This document shows, piece after piece, positions 1-10,221 of a stretch of DNA of 58,001 nucleotides; within the stretch, counting starts at the first letter, position 1; each line of letters starts with the position of its first letter. The translations under genes and the position numbers were made by a program. The DNA is from Candidatus Omnitrophota bacterium. Lineage in GTDB: Bacteria; Omnitrophota; Gorgyraeia; S143-82. The notes under the pieces were generated by a model that saw nothing but the letters and a program-made list of their open reading frames with translations, was not told the origin of the DNA and made no database searches. The stretch lies in assembly GCA_015494465.1 (NCBI GenBank), contig WGBD01000009.1, positions 1-58,001 of the forward strand. The letters run 5' to 3'.

Positions 1-26
1 GGCTCGGAGATGTGTATAAGAGACAG
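1..26 (+). other. Nextera/Tn5 adapter contamination (not biological)
   Basis: GGCTCGG-AGATGTGTATAAGAGACAG is the end of the Nextera read-2 adapter including the 19-bp Tn5 mosaic end; it interrupts an open CDS. Confidence 0.97.
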
Positions 27-1259
27 TATCAACACCCCCAACCTCCCCGGTGGCACCCCCAGTTCATCCGCCCGCCTCTTGGCCCCCTCCTCATCAAACC
101 AGGCCACCGCCCCGGGCACGGATACAGCGTTTTTACCCCGCAGTCCGTCGTGCTCCGGGGCCAGTATCAGGTCAAAACCACCCCTCAGGCCCCAGCCCGG
201 ATCCATAACGCAGACCGCCCGGGCCAGATTATACCTCTTAAGGAATAAACTGAGCCCCTTTGCCGAGGACCCCGTGCTCACCACCACCTCCCAATAGCGT
301 CCCAAGACCTGTCTGGTTTTAGGCCCAAACAGGAGCCTAACCACCTGTTCCCCAAGCAGTAGAGGTAAAAACGGCAGAAGGTAGGAAAGAAATCGCTTCC
401 ACTTGCTTCCCTCCAGCTCCGATACCTCCACCTCATCTACCTCCACCGCCTTACCCGGGAAGGCCTGTCTAAGGGCAGAGACCACCGCCCGGGACTGGCG
501 GAAGTGTCCGGGCTTGGAGTCCTTGAGGACCAAAACCCGGAGGTCCCAAGAGAACTTCCAGCGCTTGAAGGTCCAGAGGTACTGCTCCGGGTAACGCTTC
601 ACTACTGCCTCCAGTTGGGAGGTCATTCTCTGGGCAACCTCCTCGTCCGAAACATCGGGGCGCCAAGGCGGGCCCAAGAGGGTAAGGACAAACCGCCTTC
701 CCTCGTAGCAGACCATCGCCCCCAGCAACCTCGCCCCCAGTTTGCGGGCGAACCAGATCGGTCCTTTCGGGAAGTAACAGCCCTTGGAGAAGAACCGCAC
801 CGGTATCCCATCCCTCACCCCGTGGTCTATCACTATACCCACCGCAGTCGTTTTCCCCTGCCTGAGGGCCTTCCGCTCGTCCCTGCCAACCTCCCACAAG
901 CGTATCCCAAGTCCCTCTCTTCGCCGGGCCAACCAACGGGCCAACCACCTCTTCTGCGGGCGCACGAACACCCCGTACGAACCCACGATTACCTTCGCGT
1001 ACACATTCGCCATCTCCCAATTCCCAATGTGCCCGGTGAAGAGGATGACCGGTATCTGATTGGCCCACTCCCGTACTGCAGACGGGGAGGGAACGAATCG
1101 GGTACGGGAGAACAGGGCCTCCTCATCCCAAGAAGCCAGTCTCAACCAGTCCCGAAAGAGCCTAAACAGGTGCAAGTAAAACCGCAACCTTATCCAGTTG
1201 AGGGCAAGAACTCCCTTTTCCGGGAAGGCGATCCTCAGGTTGCGCCATACCGTGTCCAC
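27..1259 (-). CDS. Lipid A late acyltransferase (LpxL/HtrB family) fused to an ELM1/GtrOC1-like domain; 3'-truncated at contig end
   Basis: Not in ORF track (no stop). Hand translation from GTG 1259 is open to base 27: RNLRIAFPE, TGHIGNWE, PEQYLWTFKRWK (LpxL motifs), then VLVLKDSKPGHFRQS, FDLILAPEHD, LGVLI (ELM1 motifs); follows lpxK. Confidence 0.85.
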
Positions 1260-2194
1260 CGCACCACCCCCATCACCTTATCCCAGAAGGCCTCCTGCCC
1301 CCAGAGGAACCTTATCTCCACCTCCACCTTCACCAGCCTCACCCCTGCCCGGGAGAACTCCTGGGAAAACCGCTTCAGCTTCACCCAGTCCTTCAGCGTC
1401 GTCAACACCGGCGTGCCCGCTCCCTTGGCAAGGGATATTATCCTCCTTACATCCCGACTGGAATAGCGGTGATGGTCCCCAAAAGGCACTCTCTCTTTCA
1501 CCTCTATCCCCTTCCTCTCCAGATCGCGGAAGAAGGTCTCCGGCCGGGCAATCCCGCAGACCGCAACCCCTGAAGAGATCCCCTCCGGGATCCGCAAGTC
1601 GTACCTGCTGGCCACCACCAGGGGGCAGTATCTCTTTACCTCTTGGGCAAGGTCCTTTGCCAGATCCTCGTCTTCTACCTTGTTTATCACCACCACACCT
1701 GCCCGGCGCAGACTGGACAGGGGCTCCCTCGTCCATCCCCGCTCGGGGGTAATCAGGACTATGTCCAGATCCCTCTTTAGACGCCGGTACTGGAATCCGT
1801 CGTCCAAGACGACCACCTTGATCCCTCGCTTTTCCTTCAGGGCCCGCCGTATGACCTCCTCCCGCCGTCTGCCGATGTACACCGGCACCCCGGGGAGGGC
1901 CGTCTTCAGCATGGCGGGCTCGTCGCAACCCCAGTCCTCGGCAGAGACCTCTCTTATCCCATTTCCTTTGCACCTGTATCCCCGGCTGACCACCAGAGGG
2001 GAAAGGTTGTTCGTCTGGAGGTGACGGGCAATCAACTTCACGAACTCCGTCTTCCCCGTCCCGCCCCAAGACAGGTTCCCGACGCTGATGACAGGCACAG
2101 GCAATCGCTCGGTCTTAAAGACCCCCAGATCGTAGAGGAGGTTCCGCGCACCCGCACCCAACCAATAGAGTCTCTGGACCCACTCGCTATACAC
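1235..2194 (-). CDS. lpxK: Tetraacyldisaccharide 4'-kinase
   Basis: PVISVGNLSWGGTGKT, SRGY, DEPAML, LDDGFQY, FGDHH, TTLKDWVK; start set at GTG 2194 overlapping the waaA stop. Confidence 0.95.
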   Translation of the reverse strand: MYSEWVQRLYWLGAGARNLLYDLGVFKTERLPVPVISVGNLSWGGTGKTEFVKLIARHLQTNNLSPLVVSRGYRCKGNGIREVSAEDWGCDEPAMLKTALPGVPVYIGRRREEVIRRALKEKRGIKVVVLDDGFQYRRLKRDLDIVLITPERGWTREPLSSLRRAGVVVINKVEDEDLAKDLAQEVKRYCPLVVASRYDLRIPEGISSGVAVCGIARPETFFRDLERKGIEVKERVPFGDHHRYSSRDVRRIISLAKGAGTPVLTTLKDWVKLKRFSQEFSRAGVRLVKVEVEIRFLWGQEAFWDKVMGVVRWTRYGAT

Positions 2195-3407
2195 CCAACA
2201 CCTCCTTGGCCACCCGCCGGGCCACTCCCCTATGCCGATCCACCACCTCTCTTGCCCTCCTTCCCATCTCATTCAGATCCGAGTTCCTTATCTCCTTCAT
2301 CAGATCCTCCGGAGAGAGTACCACCTTCGCACCGCCCCTTTCCAGAAGCTCCTCACTTATCTGACGGAAGTTCCCCATATTCGCTCCGAAAAACACCGCC
2401 TTGGCCCAGTAGGCGGGCTCGAGGGGATTCTGCCCTCCCCGCGCAACCAGCGAGCCCCCGACGAACACCACGCTGGCCAACCGGTACAGTTGGGCCAACA
2501 CCCCAACCCTGTCCACCACCAAGACATCCACACCCTTCGGATCCCCTTGCGAGTACATAGCCACCCGCCATCCCCGCATGCGCGCCTCCTCGGCCACCTC
2601 CCTAGCCCGTTCCACATGCCGGGGCGCAAGGATCAAGAAAGCCTGCGAGTTTTCCTCCCGGAGAGCAGCAAAAACCTCCAACAAAAAGGCCTCTTCACCG
2701 GGATGGGTGCTCCCCCCCATCAACACGAATCGCCCCTTAGCGATCTCCTCGACCTGCCCCAGATCCTGCACCGGGATCTCCAGATCGTACTTTAGGTTCC
2801 CTACCACCCTCACCTTCCTCGGATCTGCCCCCAGGCCCAAGAATCTCTCCCTGGCAATCTCGTCCTGACACAGCACCGCATCCACGAACCTGAGGACTCT
2901 ATCCCGGATAAATCCCCGTATCCAGCGGTACCTCCGGAAGGCCCGGTCGGATATCCGGGCGTTGACTATCAGGATCCGCACACCCCTTTCCTTGGAGAGG
3001 CTTATCAGGTTGGGCCACAACTCCGTCTCCAGGAGGACCAATACCTCCGGCCTTACCGCATCCAGAAAGGCCCGCACCACCTGGGCAGAATCCCACGGGG
3101 CGTAGAAACTCACTCCGTCCCACCGTCGGGAGAGGTTCTCCATCCCCGTAGGCGTGGAGGAAGAAAAGACCACCGACCGCTCCGGATCCAGAGAGCGCAC
3201 GGCCCTGGCCAATATCAGGCCCACATTCGTCTCGCCCAGGCTCACCGCGTGTATCCAGACCCTGCCCTCCTCTGGAGGCAGTTGAGGAGGCACCGACCTT
3301 CCCCGAAAGTACTCCTCTCCCCGGCCCCGCACCCACCTCAGATAGGGATAGGCCAAGATCCGCCCTGCGGAGTATATTCCGTCATAGAGTGCGTCCGCCC
3401 AAGACAT
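2187..3407 (-). CDS. waaA: Kdo transferase
   Basis: WIHAVSLGE, ETELWPN, NARISDR, GNLKYD, STHPGEE, APRH, GGQNPLEP. Confidence 0.96.
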   Translation of the reverse strand: MSWADALYDGIYSAGRILAYPYLRWVRGRGEEYFRGRSVPPQLPPEEGRVWIHAVSLGETNVGLILARAVRSLDPERSVVFSSSTPTGMENLSRRWDGVSFYAPWDSAQVVRAFLDAVRPEVLVLLETELWPNLISLSKERGVRILIVNARISDRAFRRYRWIRGFIRDRVLRFVDAVLCQDEIARERFLGLGADPRKVRVVGNLKYDLEIPVQDLGQVEEIAKGRFVLMGGSTHPGEEAFLLEVFAALREENSQAFLILAPRHVERAREVAEEARMRGWRVAMYSQGDPKGVDVLVVDRVGVLAQLYRLASVVFVGGSLVARGGQNPLEPAYWAKAVFFGANMGNFRQISEELLERGGAKVVLSPEDLMKEIRNSDLNEMGRRAREVVDRHRGVARRVAKEVLGV

Positions 3408-4368
3408 CGCGCAGACCGTCCCCAAACAGGTTATAGCACATCACCACCCAGAAGATAACCACACCCGGAGAAAGTACCCACGGATACAGGTATATGTAAG
3501 TGATGTTCATCGCGGTGGAGAGCATGTTCCCCCAACTCACGAACGGCTCCTGTATCCCCAATCCCAGCATACTCAACGCGGACTCACCAAGTATGTATCC
3601 CGGGATAGACAGCGTCACCGCAACCACCACGTAGGAAAGGGTGTGGGGCAGGACGTGCCTTATCAATATCCCCAGATGGGACATCCCCAGCGCCTTGGCG
3701 GACAATACGAACGGCTGTTGAGAGATGTACAGCACCTGCCCCCGTATCACCCGCGAAAGAGAGGCCCATCCCAGAAACGACATGATTACCACTATCATAA
3801 TGTACACCGCCCGGGAATCCATATCCAGCGGAAACACCGCCCGCAGACCCAACATCAGATAAAACCCCGGCACCAGCATCACCACCTCGCAGGCCCGCAT
3901 CAGGATGGTATCCACCCACCCACCAAAATAACCCGCTACCGCCCCGATCAACATCCCCAGCAGAAACGATATCCCCGCGCCTATCAATCCCACCGAGAGG
4001 GATATCCTGCCCCCGTAGAGAAGCCGGGACAGGTAATCCCGCCCCCGGGCATCCGCACCGAGGAGGTACACCATCCCCTCCCCGTCGAAACCAAAGAGGT
4101 GCCCGTCCTTGAACCAGCGCAAGAACCACTTCCGCGAACGGTCCTCGGCGTAAACCGTCATACCGTCCTCTCCGACCTCCTTAACATAGGGATAAACGAA
4201 CGGCCTCAGATACAGCCTCTTGCCGTCGGAGAACCTCAAACGGTGCGGTGGGCAGAAGGCCATCGTGCGGTCTTCCCGACGATAATCGTAAGGGGCAAAG
4301 AACGGGGCAAAAGCGCTCAGCAGATAAAAAAGAAGCAGGCCCATCCCGCCGATCCACAACCTCTTCAC
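3382..4368 (-). CDS. ABC peptide/nickel transporter permease (OppC/DppC type)
   Basis: LGADARGRDYLSRLLYGGRISL, EAA-like loop (AKALG..HVLP), ESALSMLGLG, NLFGDGLRD. Confidence 0.9.
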   Translation of the reverse strand: MKRLWIGGMGLLLFYLLSAFAPFFAPYDYRREDRTMAFCPPHRLRFSDGKRLYLRPFVYPYVKEVGEDGMTVYAEDRSRKWFLRWFKDGHLFGFDGEGMVYLLGADARGRDYLSRLLYGGRISLSVGLIGAGISFLLGMLIGAVAGYFGGWVDTILMRACEVVMLVPGFYLMLGLRAVFPLDMDSRAVYIMIVVIMSFLGWASLSRVIRGQVLYISQQPFVLSAKALGMSHLGILIRHVLPHTLSYVVVAVTLSIPGYILGESALSMLGLGIQEPFVSWGNMLSTAMNITYIYLYPWVLSPGVVIFWVVMCYNLFGDGLRDVLGGRTL

Positions 4369-5336
4369 GCCACCACCCCCTCCCGCACCCGGGGATCCAG
4401 CCAGTAGAGCAGGATGTCGCTCACCAGATTACCGAATATAAGCATCACCGCGGACAGCATCAACCCTGCCATCACCAGATACACATCCTGAGACTGGACC
4501 GCGGAAAGGAACATAGTCCCCATCCCCGGCCAGTTGCAGATGATCTCCGTCAATGCCGCCCCGGACAATACATCCGCCAGTTGATAACCAAATATCACGA
4601 TGAGCGGATGCAGGGCATTGGGCAGGGCGTGGTGCCAGAGGATGTAATCCTCGGGGAAACCCTTGGCCCGGGCGTTGAGGATAAACTTGGCGGACATCAC
4701 GGCCTTAAGACTGCCCCGCACTATGCGAAACAGCCCTCCAATCGCCGGCAGGGATATTACCAGTGCAGGGATTATCAGGTGCCGGGCCAGGTCCACCCAC
4801 CGCCAGAGAGTCGGAAGGTCCTCGTGCAGGAGAGAGTACATCCCGCCCAAGGGCAGGGCACCCGTCAGCATCGCCAGAAAAAGCAACACGAAGGCCAAGA
4901 AGAAGGTGGGAAGACACATAAACACGAACGCAGTTACGCTTATCACCGGATCCAACGGCCTGTACCTCACCGCGTACACCCCCGCCGGCAGGACCACCAC
5001 CCACACCAGCACGAGCGAGACCAAGGACAGGACGAGCGTCGCCTTCACCCGACTGGCAATCACCTTGCCCACCGGGGCGTGGTAATAGAAGGAATATCCC
5101 AGATCCCCGTGGAGGAGGTTCCAGACCCACCACAGATACTGCTTGTAGACCGGCTCGTTCAGGTGATACTTCCTCTCCATCTCCTTTATCGTCTCCTCCG
5201 ATATCTGGGGATTCAGCCGTAGAGAGGCAAAATAACTTCCGGGCAGGGCCCTCAACAACACGAACGACAGGATAGACACACCAAACAACAGGGGCAAAGC
5301 CCATAAGATCCGGGCAAGGATAATCCTCACAAGCAT
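4365..5336 (-). CDS. ABC peptide/nickel transporter permease (OppB/DppB type)
   Basis: GDLGYS, ARAKG..HALPNA, E.I.NWPGMG, NLVSDILLYWLDPR; start at MLVRII. Confidence 0.9.
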   Translation of the reverse strand: MLVRIILARILWALPLLFGVSILSFVLLRALPGSYFASLRLNPQISEETIKEMERKYHLNEPVYKQYLWWVWNLLHGDLGYSFYYHAPVGKVIASRVKATLVLSLVSLVLVWVVVLPAGVYAVRYRPLDPVISVTAFVFMCLPTFFLAFVLLFLAMLTGALPLGGMYSLLHEDLPTLWRWVDLARHLIIPALVISLPAIGGLFRIVRGSLKAVMSAKFILNARAKGFPEDYILWHHALPNALHPLIVIFGYQLADVLSGAALTEIICNWPGMGTMFLSAVQSQDVYLVMAGLMLSAVMLIFGNLVSDILLYWLDPRVREGVVA

Positions 5337-7294
5337 ATCAATCTCGCCCCCGCCGATTCGAGGAGTTCCCGGGTGGCCCGATCGCAGGAGAAGTATATCA
5401 CCTGCCACCCCTCCGACGATACCTGCCTCAGGAACTCCACCTCCGCCTTGAGCCTCTCCCAGTCAGAAAAGACAAAGGCATCGTCCATGATGATGAATCC
5501 CGGCTCATCGTAAACCCTCTCCAACAAGGCAAACTTAAACGCCAACAGGACCTGATGCCGTACCCCGGAACTCAACAGAGAGAAACGATATTCCCTTCCG
5601 TCCGCAAGGTGGAAGACGATGTCCCCACCCTCCACTATCACCCGTCGGACCTCCATCGCCCCCGCAGTGATCCTGCGCAGATAAGCGGTGAACTCCTCCG
5701 AACTCACGATCTGGGAGACCTCTCGAAACTGCTCCTTCCGAAACCTATCCAACACCCGCTTCCAGGCTACTCCGGAGACGAACCTCACCGAAAGGTCCTT
5801 TAACTCCTCCTCCACCGCCTCCAGTCTCTTCCTCAGGGCAACGAACAACCGCTTCAACGAGGTCTCCTCTACCCCGAGCCCGGCACTCAACGCCACCAGC
5901 GTCCTCTGGAGGCGATCCTTCAAGGAGGTCCTCTTCTGGTAGAGGTCCTCCAGGGCCTCCCTCAATCGCCTCTCCTTCTCGGGATCATAAGGTAGGTCCG
6001 TCGCCACATCCCCTGCCTCCTCCCGGGCAACACCCAAGCGGGAAAGTTCCTCCTGAATCTCCCTCGCAGATCTCTCCAACTCCCCTCTGCGCTCCTTCAA
6101 CTCCTCGAGGTATCGCACCGGATCCCCCTCCACCAGAGAGGACAACTCCGCCTCACAGGCCTTGAGTCTCGTGCGGAGCCTCTCCTTTTCCTCCCGCACC
6201 GCCTGCTGGCGATGGTAAAGGCCCTCCAGTTCCTTTACGAACTCCCGCAGTTGCTCCCGAGACCCAAAGGACCTGCCGGTCTTCTCCTCTATCCAACGGG
6301 CGAACGAACCCCAACCCCGTCGGGACAGGACCTCCATCCCGACCCCCACCAATATCAACACCACGCCCAGCCAATCCCAGATCCCCCACATAACCGCCAC
6401 TATCCCCACACCCAATCCCAAACCTACCCAACCCAGCCAGTCCAGGCCCTTTAGCGCAGGGATCCATCCCGGCAAGGACTCCGCCCGGGAGAGGACACTG
6501 CGCCACCACAACCAGTCCTCTTCCCTTATCTCCTCTTCCTCCCTCCTCCCCGAGCGCAGGAGCTCCTCCAACTGCCTCCTCTGAGAGAGCAACTGGGAGA
6601 TCCTTTCCATCCTCTCCGTCGGTATAGAGGCGATTTCCCTCTGCACCTCTTCCAGGCGCAAGTAAAGTTGTCCCGCCAAGGCCCTCTTTGCCTCCTGTTG
6701 TGCAGACAACTCCCTCTCCAAGGCCGATATCTCCTCCTCCAGACCCATCAACTCCACGCCAGAAAAAGAAAAAATCTCCCTCTCCAGGGCAAGCAACCTC
6801 TCCCTCTCATCGAGGAGTTCCAGCCAGCGCCGGAAGGCACCCCTGCGGGCCCCCTTTATCCTCCCCCCGACGACATCCTCAACCCCCGTTCCCTGAAGGG
6901 GATTCCAATTCAACAGTTCCTGCGGAAGTAGCAGACCGGTAAGCATCTCCGAAAGAAGACCCTCTCGATAAGCCTCCCCCGGCCAGGAAAAGAGCAGGCG
7001 CAACCGCTGGGTATGCCCCCCTTTACTGGAGCGACCCTTAGACGGATAGGACCTGCGCACCAGCCTACCGTTCGCCTCCAACTCCACCCAGGCCGAGCCC
7101 ACGAACTCCGGATCCCTGCGCAGATAGGCGAAGACTTCGTCCGGATCCTTTGCCAAGGACATCAACAGGGCCTCAAGGATGGTGGACTTCCCCGCGGAGT
7201 TCTCTCCCCACACCAGGGTCAAGCCTTCCGGGAACTCCAACTCCCGCGCCCCGATCGGTCCCCAGTTGTGTATCCCGATCCGCCTTATCCTCAC
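5327..7294 (-). CDS. SMC/Rad50-like ATPase (YhaN/SbcC-like) with central hydrophobic segment
   Basis: Walker A GENSAGKST, long coiled coils, signature LSSG, Walker B IMDD; paired with an Mre11-like nuclease. Confidence 0.85.
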   Translation of the reverse strand: MRIRRIGIHNWGPIGARELEFPEGLTLVWGENSAGKSTILEALLMSLAKDPDEVFAYLRRDPEFVGSAWVELEANGRLVRRSYPSKGRSSKGGHTQRLRLLFSWPGEAYREGLLSEMLTGLLLPQELLNWNPLQGTGVEDVVGGRIKGARRGAFRRWLELLDERERLLALEREIFSFSGVELMGLEEEISALERELSAQQEAKRALAGQLYLRLEEVQREIASIPTERMERISQLLSQRRQLEELLRSGRREEEEIREEDWLWWRSVLSRAESLPGWIPALKGLDWLGWVGLGLGVGIVAVMWGIWDWLGVVLILVGVGMEVLSRRGWGSFARWIEEKTGRSFGSREQLREFVKELEGLYHRQQAVREEKERLRTRLKACEAELSSLVEGDPVRYLEELKERRGELERSAREIQEELSRLGVAREEAGDVATDLPYDPEKERRLREALEDLYQKRTSLKDRLQRTLVALSAGLGVEETSLKRLFVALRKRLEAVEEELKDLSVRFVSGVAWKRVLDRFRKEQFREVSQIVSSEEFTAYLRRITAGAMEVRRVIVEGGDIVFHLADGREYRFSLLSSGVRHQVLLAFKFALLERVYDEPGFIIMDDAFVFSDWERLKAEVEFLRQVSSEGWQVIYFSCDRATRELLESAGARLICL

Positions 7295-8361
7295 CTCAAC
7301 CTCGCCAAGGTATCGCGCAGGTCCATCATTCCTCGCAATACGATTTCTCCCTTATAGGCACCCCAGTGGACCGCGTCGTTCTCCTCCCCACACAGGCGAT
7401 CCACCTCCTCCAGGAAGGCAGAGACCAGCGGGGCCACCCTCTCCGGGATGTCCACCGCAACCGCCGAGATCTCCACATCGGAGATCCCCTTTTCAGCAAA
7501 GAACCTCTCCGCCTCCTCACGCACCACCGCCTCGTCCGCAGAAACGCACTCCAAGACCACCTGCAAGTGTAGATCCCTCACCCAACCCCTTCGAGAAGAG
7601 AAGACCTTCTCCGTATCCCCCCATAGCCTCTTCAGGGCCTCCTCCAGTCGATCCATCCCCAAAACCAGAGCCCGATCCCTCCAGTAGAGCGGACCCACCT
7701 GCACCGGGACCCACTCGATCGCCCCGGACACAGGCTCCACCACCCCGTACCGCCTTGGCCCCAACTCGTTGCTGGTGAGAGGAAAGAGCGATCCGCAATA
7801 GAAAAGGTTCAGGTCGGGGTACTCCGGCCCGGAATGGATGTGTCCCAGGATGGATAACCTCGGACCCAAGGCCCTCACCTCCGCCGGAGTAATCGGGAAG
7901 TAGCCCTCGTCGTCGTAATAATCACCGGTATAGAGGACCTCCCCGTGGGAGATGAGGAGGTAATCCGAATCGATACCCAGCGAGCGCTTGGCCTCGTATA
8001 GGGCCTGGCTCATGCTCACCTGCGGACGATAAGGAAGAAGAAGAACTGGCACCTCCCAGCCCGGCAACAGGGTCGGACTATCCACCACCCGCACGTGCTC
8101 CAGACCGATAAACCGATCGGAAAGCACCCCACCCTTCAGGTCGTGGTTACCGATAAGGATCCAGATGCGCACATCCGGGAACTCGCCGAGGAGCTGCCTT
8201 ATCCCCTCATACGGGAAGGGGGCAGAATCGCAGAAGTCCCCGGCAACGACCACCGTATCCAGCCCCCGCTCGCGAACGTCCTGCAGGGCCCACCGCAGGA
8301 CAGAAAAAGGCCGGGCATCGTCTTGGGAGAGATGGGTATCAGCGAAGACGGCGAAACGCAT
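7291..8361 (-). CDS. Mre11/SbcD-like metallophosphoesterase nuclease (YhaO-like)
   Basis: DTH, AGD, GNHD, SHG, GHIH motifs; 4-nt overlap with the ATPase gene. Confidence 0.88.
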   Translation of the reverse strand: MRFAVFADTHLSQDDARPFSVLRWALQDVRERGLDTVVVAGDFCDSAPFPYEGIRQLLGEFPDVRIWILIGNHDLKGGVLSDRFIGLEHVRVVDSPTLLPGWEVPVLLLPYRPQVSMSQALYEAKRSLGIDSDYLLISHGEVLYTGDYYDDEGYFPITPAEVRALGPRLSILGHIHSGPEYPDLNLFYCGSLFPLTSNELGPRRYGVVEPVSGAIEWVPVQVGPLYWRDRALVLGMDRLEEALKRLWGDTEKVFSSRRGWVRDLHLQVVLECVSADEAVVREEAERFFAEKGISDVEISAVAVDIPERVAPLVSAFLEEVDRLCGEENDAVHWGAYKGEIVLRGMMDLRDTLARLR

Positions 8362-8382
8362 CTACCGACTCATACAAAAACA

Positions 8383-8457
8383 TCGGGGCGGCCGGATTTG
8401 AACCGGCGACCTCCTGAACCCCATTCAGGTGCGCTATCCAAGCTACGCCACGCCCCG
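8383..8457 (-). tRNA. tRNA-Pro(GGG), CCA not encoded
   Basis: Reverse complement CGGGGCG..CGCCCCG-A acceptor stem, anticodon arm CCTGA-ATGGGGT-TCAGG, T-loop GGTTCAAATCC. Confidence 0.96.
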
Positions 8458-8741
8458 ATCCGCTAACTGAAGATTATACCACAAAATTGGTGCTTGAAAG
8501 ACCTTCTGATGGCCCCCTCATACCGCGCTTCTCAGTCTAAGGGAAGCGCAACAAGACTAATCCGTCAGGATCGCCTTGGGCAAAGCCTTGCTTATCCCAG
8601 CCCGGCCAATAATATTACAAACGGTAACTTAGGCCTTGACTGAGACTCCCATAAAAGGCAAAACCACCGCACATCCCGGCCCACACCACAAACCTCGAAA
8701 CTTCGCTTGTCAGCGCAGAGATTTCAAGGTACCATCCAGTT

Positions 8742-8963
8742 GTGAGAGAAAAAGCGAAAGAGAAGGACACGGAAATTCCCTTACTCAAGAAGTTCCCCGT
8801 CGTGAGGCTTATAGTAGCCCGGCAGGTGGGAAAGACCACACTCGCCCGCCAACTCGCAAAGGATGTCCCTTGGAAGGCCCACATGTTCGACCCTGAAAGT
8901 CCGCATGACCTTTCCCGTCTGGCAGGCCCAATGCTCGCCCTCAAAGGATTAAACGCCGCACCT
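8742..8963 (+). pseudogene. N-terminal remnant of an AAA+ ATPase (AAA_14/DUF4143 type)
   Basis: FPVVRLIVARQVGKTTLARQ with degraded Walker A (usually GPRQxGKT), FDPESPHDLSRLAGPMLAL; similarity ends where the AbiEii gene ends. Confidence 0.7.
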
Positions 8964-9644
8964 TCATTTCACCAGCGCCTCATTGATCTTGGCCAACAGA
9001 AAATCAAATCCGTTCCTTACATAATAATCACGCAAATCCTTTTCCAAAAGAGAACCCAACGAAACCTTGTAATCCCTCTTTTTGAAAGACCTTGCAATCC
9101 TATCTAACTTTTGCAATACATCTTTATCGTCGGGAAGAGACAAACCTTGTCGCAACAAAAATTCTATGTCAAAAAAATCCCGTATCTCCTTTCTATCCAC
9201 CGCAGCAGCGATCTTATTCTCTAAAGTCTGCTTCAATGTATGCACCTTGAGCGCAACCTGCCTTGTCGAATACGGGGAATACGCTATCCTCTGCTCAAAA
9301 TCCCACGCCTTAGTCTCTTTCCGTATCTCTATCTTCAATCTATTTGGATAATTAGGACTCCGTACCTCTATAAGGAGTGAATAATGCTTATTTTTGCTAT
9401 CCGTAATCTCAAAATCCCGAGATAGCCCCATTTTCATCTTCCTAAAGTAATCTCTAACATCCATAGGCTCTAAGGACCAGAAATCAAGGTCGATGGAATA
9501 CCTTTTAAGCCCCCAACAAACCCTTAGCATCGTTCCGCCACCAAAGATTAATGGGCCAAGAAGTCTCAAACTATTTAATCTATCCAGAACCTCCATCTCA
9601 AACATCTCATGCTTGCGAAGATTGTACATATCTCTCAACTTCAC
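8964..9644 (-). CDS. AbiEii/AbiGii-family nucleotidyltransferase toxin (type IV TA)
   Basis: FGGGTML, RYSIDLDF, LKIEI, K..A..DR...RDFFDI. Confidence 0.9.
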   Translation of the reverse strand: MKLRDMYNLRKHEMFEMEVLDRLNSLRLLGPLIFGGGTMLRVCWGLKRYSIDLDFWSLEPMDVRDYFRKMKMGLSRDFEITDSKNKHYSLLIEVRSPNYPNRLKIEIRKETKAWDFEQRIAYSPYSTRQVALKVHTLKQTLENKIAAAVDRKEIRDFFDIEFLLRQGLSLPDDKDVLQKLDRIARSFKKRDYKVSLGSLLEKDLRDYYVRNGFDFLLAKINEALVK

Positions 9645-10203
9645 CCCTTACCTTTTTGGGATACCTGCGACTGAAGCCCCTTAATTTTTTAATGTCAAAT
9701 TTATCAAAATCAATAGAAGAGATGTCGAACCTGTATCTGCCCAGTAATGCCATATAGAGACTGTCCAAAAAGGCCTTCTCCGGCTCTGCTATAAAAAAAT
9801 CACCTTTTCTGACAAACCCAAAATACAATTCACTCTTTATCTTGGTATAAATAAAAACGAAACCATCTATAGAGACCTCTTTTGTCCGCTTTTGGCTCAC
9901 GGACTCTATAAAATCACGCAATACCTGCGTCGTAATTCCGTAGTACTCAAGAGCAGACATGAAAGACACATAAGAAGGAACCTGTATAATATTGGCAATA
10001 GCAAACCGCTCCTCCTGAGAAAGGCCCTGCCACACAGACCGCAGAATATAGAGATTCCTCTTTATCCGCAACAGGATTCCATACTTAACAAAACGATGCG
10101 CCTCAACCCTTGCAGAGGCAAGACTAATCCCTAACACCTTGGCTATATCCTCATAACCAAAATAAAGTTTACCAATCTTGTTTAACTTGTCATAATTAAC
10201 CAT
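9607..10203 (-). CDS. AbiEi-family antitoxin / transcriptional regulator
   Basis: wHTH with RIKRNLY, PSYVSFMSALEYYGI, IAEPEKAFLD; directly upstream of and overlapping the toxin. Confidence 0.88.
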   Translation of the reverse strand: MVNYDKLNKIGKLYFGYEDIAKVLGISLASARVEAHRFVKYGILLRIKRNLYILRSVWQGLSQEERFAIANIIQVPSYVSFMSALEYYGITTQVLRDFIESVSQKRTKEVSIDGFVFIYTKIKSELYFGFVRKGDFFIAEPEKAFLDSLYMALLGRYRFDISSIDFDKFDIKKLRGFSRRYPKKVRGEVERYVQSSQA

Positions 10204-10221
10204 GGCTATTGCCAAGCATAT

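Noticed and set aside
10-297. ORFs starting MCIRDS / MYKRQ
   Set aside because: Start codons come from the adapter; antisense to the real gene
469-1466. ORFs 469..1068(-) and 504..1466(+)
   Set aside because: Shadow frames of the LpxL-ELM1 gene, whose motifs are in a different frame
8383-8460. tRNA-Pro as integration site for the island
   Set aside because: Island is on the tRNA 5' side; no duplicated 3' end or integrase seen
8552-10130. 12-bp direct repeat CAAGACTAATCC (8552 and ~10119)
   Set aside because: One copy is inside abiEi; 12-mers recur by chance in 58 kb
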